From NCBI RefSeq assembly GCF_006345805.1, contig NW_021824200.1:1-19624 (forward strand): DNA of 19,624 nucleotides. The letters are read 5' to 3'. Shown here piece after piece: positions 11,241 through 19,624 of this stretch (position 1 is the stretch's first letter; each line of letters starts with the position of its first letter). Origin of the DNA: Octopus sinensis. Its lineage: Eukaryota. The position numbers and the translations under genes are program-made. Under the pieces are notes generated by a model. That model made no database searches. It had not been told where the DNA came from and was given only the letters and a program-made list of their open reading frames with translations.

Positions 11241-11339
11241 TAAGTTAATCCAAACAGGAAAGCACAAAAAAACAACAACGCGAGGACGTGGAACAAATAA
11301 AGTATTATTGGACGCTCAGGAAAGAAGAAAAGAAGGAGG

Positions 11340-11374
11340 GTTTAACGTTTCGAGCGGAGCTCTTCGTCGGAAAC
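11340..11374 (-). ncRNA. Minimal hammerhead ribozyme variant within a probable Penelope-like terminal repeat (about 11241-11450)
   Basis: Minus strand GTTT-CCGACGA-A-GAGC-TCC-GCTC-GAAA-CGTT-AAAC: stems I and II intact, palindromic AACGTT stem III, GUU triplet, U4C core change. Confidence 0.65.
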
Positions 11375-11522
11375 ATAGGAGAAGGAAAGATCCAGAGAAG
11401 GGAAGACAGAGGGAAAAAAATCACCAACGGTACACACGCGGTCACATTTTGAAAAGCATGTATGTATGCATATGTATAGGTATATGCATAGTTGTGAAAG
11501 ATATATATTATATATATGTGCA

Positions 11523-11679
11523 GGCGTGGCTCTGTGGTACGAAGCTTGCTTCCCAACAACATGGTTCCGGGTTCAGTCCCACTGCGTGGCACCTTGAGCA
11601 AGTGTCTTCTACTATAGCCTCGGACCGACCAAAGCCTTGTCAGTGGATTTGGTAGACGGAAACTGAAAGAAGCCTGTCG

Positions 11680-11773
<94 letters not shown>

Positions 11774-11790
11774 GTGTGTGTGCGTGTGTA
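11523..11790 (+). mobile_element. SINE family B, 5' half ending in an expanded (TA)n(GT)n
   Basis: tRNA-like head ggcgtggctctgtggtacgaagc...ggttcagtccc; matches 18754-18960. Confidence 0.85.
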
Positions 11791-11827
11791 TGTTTTTGTG
11801 TCAGTGAAAATTGTGGTTATAGTCATC

Positions 11828-12524
11828 TTTTAACCAATGAATCGCCTCTAGTGAGCTAAAATCATTTGCTGCGTCTAAAACAGAGACAACATCATGTCAC
11901 TAACCCTAAACCTCACCCTCACCCTCATCCTAACCCTAACCCTAATTTTTTTTTTCTTAATTGATAAATTAATTTAATTGTTACGCGTGTAAAAAAACGA
12001 AAGGCTAAAACGAAAGCAATGGAAAATAATTTAAACAATTAACAAACAAAATAATTCTATAATTTTATACACACGTTTCTGTACGTATACGGAAAAATAA
12101 TTCTATAATTTTATACACACGCTTTCCGTACGTATACGGAAAGCGTGTGTATAAAATTATAGAATTATTTTGTTTGTTAATTGTTTAAATTATTTTCCAT
12201 TGCTTTCGTTTTTTTTTCTTAATTGTTATCCTTAAATTAGTTTAACGATTAAGAAAAAAAAAACGAAAGACAAAAATTTAGGGTGAGGGTGGGGGTATTG
12301 TCTCAGTTTTAGACGCAGCAAATGATTTTAGCTCAATTAGAGGCGATTCATTGGTTAAAATTCGAAGAATTTAACTACGTTAAACAAACAAAATTACAAT
12401 TTTCTCAAGAAAGTCAAGAGAAAAAGATGTTTTATTTTCACACATTCTACCAGTATACGAAGTTTTAAAGTGTTTAGTTAATTAGAAATTGTGTTGACAT
12501 GTGCCGTTCAAAAGGAAAAGAACC
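11828..12524. mobile_element. Foldback (palindromic) element with telomere-like repeats, related to the MITE at 4669-5098
   Basis: Outer arms 11828-11890 and 12299-12360; CCCTAA-like tract 11901-11945 mirrored near 12277-12297; inner perfect palindrome centred at 12131-12134; about 12400-12524 matches the right end of the 4669-5098 MITE, including a decayed TIR. Confidence 0.75.
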
Positions 12525-12750
12525 CCGAGTTGACCAGCATTTACTTGTTCTGACCCATTTGAGGTAAGACATTATTATTGTTCACTGATATTTTTTCCTA
12601 CCCTGTCTGTAATAGATTTGTGACTATTCCGTGGTACAGAAGTATTTTTTGACTTCTATCATTAGCGATATAGGTACTCATGTAGTACCCTTGTGTATAT
12701 ATGTACATATCTAATATTGCATGTATATATATATATTATATATATATATT

Positions 12751-12910
12751 CTTTATTTAAGCAGCAGAAAATTCAACAAAATCTGTTACTCTGAGTTTCT
12801 CGTTGCCGTTCATCAGACAGTTTTTGCTAGTAGAAAAAACTGTCTGATGAACGGCACGAGAAACTCAGAGTAACAGATTTTGTTGAATTTTTGCTGCTCT
12901 TAAAATAAAG
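12751..12910. mobile_element. Inverted repeat made of two divergent hammerhead-like copies
   Basis: Arms 12751-12825 and 12835-12910 with a 9-nt loop; HHR-like motifs at 12840-12876 (+) and 12783-12820 (-): ctgt-CTGATGA-acggc(a)acga-GAAA-ctcagag-TA-acag. Confidence 0.7.
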
Positions 12911-12964
12911 CATATTACTCTACCACTGGTATTTGAGTACTCTTTTTTCCACCTGTTTCACATG

Positions 12965-13026
<62 letters not shown>

Positions 13027-13060
13027 CTTACTACCCACAAGGGGCTAATATAATATATAT

Positions 13061-13360
13061 ATCACGTTATCACGTTACCGACCAGGCTATCAGATGTTGC
13101 TACACATCGCTGGTCACAATGTGCTTCGCATTGTTTTAGCCTTCAAATGACGCCACCCCGCTGGCTAAGCGAGAAGGCCAACAGAAGAAAGGGTGAGAGA
13201 AAGTTGTGGCGAAAGAGTACAGCAGGGATCGCCAATACCCCCTGCCGGAGCTTCGTGGAGCTTTAGGTGTTTTCGCTCAATAAACACTCACAACGTCCGG
13301 TCTGGGAATCGAAACCGCGATCCTACGACTGCGAGTCCGCTGCCCGAACCACTGGGCCAT
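13061..13360 (-). mobile_element. SINE family C, near full length
   Basis: Minus-strand head ggcccagtggttcgggcagcggactcgcagtcgtaggatcgcggtttcgattccc with A and B boxes; short aacgtgat repeat tail. Confidence 0.8.
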
Positions 13361-13384
13361 ATATAGATAGATAGATAGATAGAT

Positions 13385-13648
13385 ATGTTTCTTTATTAGC
13401 CACACAGGGCTGCACACAGATAGAACAATTACAAGGTAGAGCTTTTCTTTTGAAGGTATTAAAAAAAAAAAAAAAAAAAAAAAGGAAGGGGAGGTTCGAT
13501 CAAAAGGGATCGTAAAAAAAATGATCAATAGGGATCGTTATCACAGAAATGTCAATATGAAGTGTAAAGGGGAGGACAGGTGAGGTTTACCCGTGGAAAG
13601 AAAAGCCTGCGGAAAGACCACGGTAACCTCGGTCAATGAAGTCACATT

Positions 13649-13685
<37 letters not shown>

Positions 13686-14969
13686 AAATAAGCAACTCTC
13701 TGTTTTCGATTTCTGGGTTCATAGGACTATGCTCAAGGTGGCTTCGTCATTCATACGTGCCATTCTTGCTACATTCACCCATCTTTTTTAAAACATTCGC
13801 TAGACAAAACTTGCCTCTCTACTCTCACTTTCCTTTTCAAGTGGTACTTGAAGAAGTTGATGAGAGATTGACCAGAGAGGAAAGTGTTTGTCTCCAATCC
13901 TTTCAGACGCGTCCACCAGATACATTCTTTCGCCATAGCCACAAGGATGATGAAAATAGCTCTTCCTTCCCGTTTGAAGGAGGAGGCGTGACAATATTGA
14001 CGATAGACTCAGCTGATAAACCGACTCGTCCCACACGTGACAGCAGGTTGTTCGACATAAGCCCACAGGTCGGAAATTGTTGGACACTGAACGAGTGCGT
14101 GCAGAACGGTTTCGTCGCTCTGACAGCATCTCGGGCAGGTCGGCCCCGTGTTTCTCGAGCCGTGTCTGTAGAGCTTATCCCGAACGGGTTAGCGCTTCTC
14201 GGTAGCACTGCCAGGCCAGGGATCTCTGGAAGTTGTCCATGGGCCCTGGCCCGAAAGTCGTCCCGAACAGGCGGGTCAGGTACTCCTCGTCGACGTCCAG
14301 GTTCGCCACGAGAGTCGTCGTCGTACCTCCCTCCACTAAACCCCTATAGAATGCTTTGGTGTGTTGAAGTCACTTAAGGTCGACCCAGGACGGCAGAGTT
14401 GCTTGAGAGCAACGCGACACTCGCGGTGCCATTCGCCCTTCCTCGGCTCTTTTTGATCCACGACTGCAGTTCGGTCATGGAGACGAGCTGCGGGAAAGCG
14501 TGCCTCACAAACGGCGACCACACCTGTTCACCGTCGTCTACATAGAGCCAGAGATGTCGCAGTCTCAGGCGCGTGTCTGCGCATCATCAACCACGGCATG
14601 CCCAGCCCCCCTTTAACAGGTGTTGACAGCAAATGGATCGCCTGACCATCGGGACGCATCCTTTCCACAAGAAGCGAAAGAGGATGCGTTGTAGTTGGTG
14701 ATGGTAGGGTCGGGACAAGGTACGACGGTCAGGCGCGGTAGTAGATGACGGACGCGATGTACGTGTTCGCCACCTCCGCTCGACCTTTTAGGGACAGTTT
14801 CCTCTCGGCCCATTGCCGGGCGAGAGTGACCACCCTACTCGTTATCTCGTTCCAGTTCTTCTCCACTTGGAGGTCCGGACCAAACCAGACCCCGAGCAAC
14901 TCAACCGGGCCGTCCCACGACGGAGGCGCTGGTGGACGGCATGGGCTTGCTTCTCCAGGTGCCTAGTCG
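13385..14969 (-). mobile_element. Tx1/L1-clade LINE, C-terminal ORF2 plus 3' UTR, 5'-truncated and frameshifted
   Basis: Minus-strand translation: VWFGPDLQVEKNWNE...WAERKLSLKGRAEVAN, GGLGMPW, a zinc knuckle of the form CPRC..SDETVLHALVQC, and AKECIWWTRLKG...VARMARMNDEATLSIVL-stop near 13723. Confidence 0.85.
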
Positions 14970-14970
14970 C

Positions 14971-15034
<64 letters not shown>

Positions 15035-15083
15035 GTAGGTAGATAGATAGGTAGGTAGGTAGGTAGGCAGGCAGGCAGGCTGG

Positions 15084-15118
<35 letters not shown>

Positions 15119-15152
15119 ACAGACAGACAGACAGACTGACAGACAGACAGAC

Positions 15153-15199
<47 letters not shown>

Positions 15200-15200
15200 G
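14970..15200. repeat. Compound tetranucleotide microsatellite ATAG/GTAG/GCAG/ACAG/ATAG
   Basis: Direct reading. Confidence 0.95.
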
Positions 15201-15207
15201 ATAAATG

Positions 15208-15273
15208 AAGAAATGGAGTCAAACAGGTGTTATTCAAATCTTTGAATAACACCTGCGTTTGACTCCGTTTCTT
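15208..15273. repeat. Short palindrome
   Basis: caggtgttattcaaa-tc-tttgaataacacctg is perfect, and pairing extends outward through aagaaatggagtcaaa/tttgactccgtttctt. Confidence 0.85.
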
Positions 15274-15418
15274 AATTTATCTATGTCATACAAAGACATT
15301 TCACTTAACCTTTATAACTAGGCTGTAATATCCTTGACACTTACGTGAATTTTCGCTACCCTGGTAACTATTTATTTGTACACATTGTTATTTGTACACA
15401 TTGAAAAAATACACATAT

Positions 15419-15464
<46 letters not shown>

Positions 15465-15471
15465 CACACAC

Positions 15472-15504
<33 letters not shown>

Positions 15505-15506
<2 letters not shown>

Positions 15507-15750
15507 TGGCTTGGTGGTTAGGGACGTTGAATTCATGATCGAAAGATTGTGATTTCGATTCCTGGACCAGGTGACGCGTTGTGTCTTTGAGCGGAACACT
15601 TCATTTCACGTTACTCCAGTCCACTCATCTGGCAAAAATGAGTAAGCCTGAAGCGGACCAGCGTCCCGTCTTGTCCAGGTGGGCAATATATACGCCATTG
15701 AAACCGGGAAACCAGCCCAAATGATCCTGGTATGGCTCGAGAAGGAAGCA
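15505..15750 (+). mobile_element. Older tRNA-derived SINE (family D)
   Basis: A-box-like cgtggcttggtggttaggg and B-box-like ttcgattcctgg, followed by a ttgtgtctttgagcggaacacttc...ctccagtccactca body typical of tRNA-derived SINEs. Confidence 0.6.
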
Positions 15751-15796
15751 TTTATTTTATGTACATAAAACTCTTGCACCTTTTCTTTAAACTTTT

Positions 15797-16090
15797 GATT
15801 GCTTCAGTCATTAGACTGCGGCTATGCTGGGGCACCACGTTGTAGAATTTTTAATCGAAAGAATCGACCCCAGTATATTTTTAAATCTGGTACTTATTCT
15901 ATCGGTGAGTAAACACACCAACAGCGATTTCAAGAGGTGCTGGAGACAAACACTGACACAGAGAACAAAAACACAAACACACGTACGAATATGTACACAC
16001 ACACACACACACCACACACACGCACGCACGCACGCACACACACACACACACGCACGCACACACACACCACACACACACACACATACACAC
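15797..16090 (-). mobile_element. SINE family B, 3' half with (CA)n expansion
   Basis: Diverged reverse complement of the 18960-19159 segment (ttcagtcattagactgcggctatgctggggcacc; gtaaacacacc...gacaaacactgacac). Confidence 0.7.
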
Positions 16091-16194
16091 AAATATCGGA
16101 AAGTCAGCTGAAAAGTTCATAGTCTGACCAAGATACTTTCATGGAATTTAATCAAAAGTTTTCACCCTGTTGGTTAAAAAAGTCATTAACAGCA

Positions 16195-16386
16195 TTATTA
16201 ACATTATTTACAGGCGACGGATATTTCTCATCTTGTTTGTTGTTAACACAACATTTCGGCTGATATACCTTCCAGCCTTCTTCAGGTGTCTTGTGTTAAC
16301 AACAAACAAGATGAGGACAAATATCCGTCGGATGTAAATAATGTAAATAATGTACATAATTCCTCATCTCTTAAATATAGAACTGT
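16195..16386 (-). mobile_element. 192-bp hammerhead-containing inverted-repeat element with 13-bp TSD
   Basis: Flanked by gtcattaacagca (16182-16194) and gtcatcaacagca (16387-16399); arms about 16195-16251 and 16291-16353; HHR at 16246-16289. Confidence 0.8.
16246..16289 (-). ncRNA. Minimal type I hammerhead ribozyme motif
   Basis: Minus strand ACAC-CTGAAGA-A-GGCTG-gaaggtatat-CAGCC-GAAA-TGTT-GTGT: stems I and II perfect, GUU triplet, stem III carries a probable CpG-decay C>T. Confidence 0.8.
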
Positions 16387-16434
16387 GTCATCAACAGCAG
16401 TTATGACATCATCGTCACTGCGATATAATAATAC

Positions 16435-16436
16435 TG

Positions 16437-16518
<82 letters not shown>
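16435..16518. repeat. (TAA)n microsatellite (second tract at about 17051-17138)
   Basis: Direct reading. Confidence 0.95.
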
Positions 16519-16519
<1 letters not shown>

Positions 16520-17050
16520 TGGAATAACAACAGAAAAAAGATGGTATAGGCACACACCAGAAAAGGTCACAGAAAACGAGAAAGCAACCATACTCTGGGA
16601 TATGCCGATACCACACAGATAGAGAAATTAAGGCCAACAGACCAGATATAGTTGTCAGAGATCATGAAAGAAAAAAAAATGCTTCTAATGATGTATCAAT
16701 ACCGGCAGATGACAACGTGTCTCTAAAAGAAATGAGAAGAAACTCTCAAAAATACAAAGACTGGAAATAGAGATAAACTAGAATGTGGAACCTGAAAACA
16801 GAACATTCCTATCATAGTAGGTGCATTAGGCATGATAAAAAATATTCAGACAAATACATAACAAAAACACCAGGACTTACAAACACATATAACATAGAGG
16901 AAAATGCACTACTAGGCACTGCACACATCCTACGCAGAACACTTTCCATACAATAACCATCAGAGCATCACAACAAATCACAGCACATACCCAAGGCACA
17001 CAGAGCTGCGCTCGGTAGTGAAGTGAAAGCACGCTAAAAAAAAAAAAAAA
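16519..17050 (+). mobile_element. R4/Dong-like non-LTR retrotransposon 3' end encoding a restriction-like endonuclease domain
   Basis: Across frameshifts it reads approximately WYRHTPEKVTENEKATILWDMP..TDREIKANRPDIVVRD...DVSIPADDNV...KYKD...MWNLKT..IPIIVGALG...LLGTAHILRRTLSIQ-stop (16954-16956), followed by a short UTR and poly(A). Confidence 0.85.
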
Positions 17051-17083
17051 ATAATAATAATTAATAATAATAATAATAATAAC

Positions 17084-17126
<43 letters not shown>

Positions 17127-17139
17127 TTAATAATAATAT

Positions 17140-17402
17140 TACAGTGCTCAGGTGCACCACAACTTGTCAAGAGTGTGTATAAAGTATATGCAGTAATGTA
17201 CAAATGTCTGGAAAGCGAACAGTGTGTGAGTCAGATACATGCTTGCGTGTGTATGGAGGAGGAGAAAATCAGGTGTAGTGTTGGCGAATCTCAGGAAGCA
17301 TGGAAGTTTTGAAGGATGCAGTGCTCCGACAACTAACAACTGATGCCGGCAGTTTGTTCCATGCTTCAGCATCTCTTAGCGTGAAAAAATGTTTCCGAAA
17401 TC
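17140..17402 (-). mobile_element. CR1/L2-like LINE, extreme 3' end
   Basis: FRKHFFTLRDAEAWNKLPASVVSCRSTASFK matches the C-terminal FF..R...WN.LP..VV...S...FK motif of this group; the tail runs into (ATT)n. Confidence 0.75.
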
Positions 17403-17849
17403 CTGGTTCCCAGTCAAGTGATTTTTTATGATGGGGAACAAATGATAGATGGGGCCAAATGAAGTGACTAGGGAGAGTGATTAACCGGTTCAAAGCAAGT
17501 TACGTAGAGTAACCATTGAAACCAAGGACTTGTGTGCTGCAGCATTGTCCTGATGAGACAAGATACTTTTCGTTAGTTTTCTTGGGCGTTTGATTTTGAT
17601 AGTCTTTTATAACTTCCTCAGCAAGTTAGCATAGTACTCTCCATTAATGGTGCAACCCTTTTGAAGATAGTCAATAAACACAATGCCTTTTGCATCCCAA
17701 AAATCTGAGGCCATCACCTTCCAAGCAGAGGAAATTACCTCGGCCGTCTTTGAAACAGGTGAGGAATGTTTCCCCTGCATGGATTGTCACTTTGGTCAAA
17801 GTGGTGAAGCCAACACTATTCCTAGGCTAGGAAACACTCGAAGAAACCC

Positions 17850-17994
17850 GCTGGATCTACCTCAAATATCATCCTTTCGGGGTCGATTAAATAAGTACCA
17901 GTTACGCACTGAGGTCAATGTAATCGACTTAATCCCTTTGTCTGTCCTTGTTTGTCCCCTCTGTGTTTAGCCCCTTGTGGGTAGTAAAGAAATA
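17850..17994 (+). mobile_element. SINE family A, 3' part
   Basis: tcatcctttcggggtcgattaaataagtaccagttacgcac...tttagccccttgtgggtagtaaagaaata. Confidence 0.9.
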
Positions 17995-18001
17995 TATATA
18001 G

Positions 18002-18037
<36 letters not shown>

Positions 18038-18753
18038 CTACATTACATATACACAAATAAGCACATAGGTGTATAACAAGGGGGGAAAAATAGTACTCGA
18101 ATACTAAAGGCAGAGTAAAATGTTATTTTATTAAAGCCGAATAAAATCACAAACTAAATTTGTGCATATACATGTACGTGTGTGTGTAAACATTATCGAC
18201 TGCACACGCTCAATATTTGTGTTTTTTTGTTCCCTGGTACGTTGAGCAATAGCGCAGTGTGAATGACTTCCTCAAAGACCTGGTTATTAAAACACCTGAA
18301 AGTCATAGACAGGAAAAGCAACTAACCCCTAATATCATTCAGGCGAGATGGATCCCTACATTTTGCTACTTTTGTGGCTTATCAACATCACGAACCTGAG
18401 TCGAACTGGCGGTGAAACGAATGGCCACTCTATGACTATATATACAGTGCAAAAACTATTTGTTTGTATGTCAGCTGTTTGAGGGGGTCGTCCCCACTGC
18501 GCTACACACAGCGAATCGGCGAACAAGCAAAACAGATACATTGAAGATGTGTGGTCGATAATGTTTAGGACACTACTGCCGCTTTTAATTCATAATTACT
18601 CACACAAACACACACACGCACACAAACACACATGCACACACATAAACACGCACACAAACACGCACACACTCTTTACACAATTTTCACCTAAATCATTTTA
18701 AAACTGCTTATTGAATATAGGGCCCATCAAGTTGTCCTTCAATCAGCTAGAAA

Positions 18754-19159
18754 GAGTGGCTGTGTGGTAAGTAGCTTGCTTACGAACCACATGGTTCCGG
18801 GTTCAGTCCCACTGCGTGGCACCTTGGGCAAGTGCCTTCTACTATAGCCTCGGGCCGACCAAAGCCTTGTGAGTGGATTTGGTAGACGGAAACTGAAAGA
18901 AGCCAGTCGTATATATGTACATATATATGTGTATATGTATGTGTGTGTATATGTTTATGTGTCTGTGTTTGTCCCCTCAACATCGCTTGACAACCCATGC
19001 TGGTGTGTTTACGTCCCCGTAACTTAACGGTTCGGCAAAAAAGACCGATAGAATAAGTACTAGGCTTACAAAGAATAAGTCCTGGGGTCAATTTGCTCGA
19101 CTAAAAGGTGGTGCTCTAGCGTGGCCACAGTCAAATGACTGAAAGAAGTCAAAGAAAAG
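18754..19159 (+). mobile_element. SINE family B, near full length with internal microsatellite
   Basis: tRNA-like head, CORE-like ccttgggcaagtg segment, (TA/TG)n interior, and a tail with the cagtc-aaat-gactg hairpin. Confidence 0.9.
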
Positions 19160-19624
19160 CAGAAACAAAATTTTGCCGAGAACCCTTTTTGTAGTATTAA
19201 AAGTGACGGGCACGTTACATAACGTAGTCTAGGGGTAAATACGTAGATCAACCAATTTATAACTAACATAGAACTATGCAGCAGCAACAATTGCAGTAGA
19301 AGTGCTCGAAATGACGATACCTAGGTAATACGTGCCACCGAAATATCCTCCTGGGGGTCGTTTGATCTGCATGTAATAGCAGCTAATTTTTTTAAAATTT
19401 TCAATCGTCTCTCTTAAAACTGGAATAACGACATCGGAGGGCATTGCCGTCCCAGCTATACCAAAAAATGGGATGGTGGAAGCTGGAATGCCTTTGATAA
19501 TAGGTCCCTTTAATAGGGTCTGACAGGGGACTTAACAACAGCTATTTAACATTTATACTGGTATTTCGGCAATATATGCAAAACAAAAAAAAAACTCGCA
19601 ACCGGTGCAAGCCACATTTAGCTT

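Larger units (their letters stand above)
16150..17838 (-). pseudogene. Mariner (DD34D-type) transposase pseudogene in three pieces: 17403-17838, 16387-16427 and about 16150-16194
   Basis: KVMASDFWDAKGIVFIDYLQKGCTINGEYYANLL...HQDNAAAHKS...LAPS...HLTGNQ, then YRSDDDVITAVDD, then NDFFNQQGENF; contains stops and frameshifts. Confidence 0.85.

Noticed and set aside
11901-11945. True telomere or chromosome-fusion site
   Set aside because: The repeats are few, degenerate and embedded in a dispersed element family.
13682-14377. 231-aa plus-strand ORF as a host gene
   Set aside because: It is antisense to the Tx1-like ORF2; the GC-rich LINE sequence explains the open frame.

Overview
AT-rich, repeat-saturated eukaryotic genomic DNA. 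It is most likely intronic or intergenic sequence from a coleoid cephalopod (Octopus-like), inferred from the SINE families and microsatellite load. No intact host gene can be supported, and almost all listed ORFs are microsatellite or repeat artefacts. Recognisable content: four tRNA-derived SINE families (called A-D here), decayed LINE fragments of three clades (CR1-like, Tx1/L1-like, R4/Dong-like with a restriction-like endonuclease), a mariner transposase pseudogene split by nested insertions, MITE/foldback elements carrying telomere-like repeats, and a diverged 5S rRNA copy. The most interesting signals are: (1) six minimal hammerhead-ribozyme (HHR) motifs at five loci. At four loci the motif is part of a short inverted-repeat element whose arms duplicate sequence downstream of the cleavage site, and one element has a 13-bp target-site duplication (TSD). 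(2) A 9-unit SINE-A tandem array with a dimeric higher-order repeat and a recurring exact tail-to-head junction. (3) A 3' stem-loop tail shared by SINE-A and the Tx1-like LINE. (4) A 5S rRNA head joined to a SINE/LINE-type tail. All motif calls were made by eye; no database search was run.
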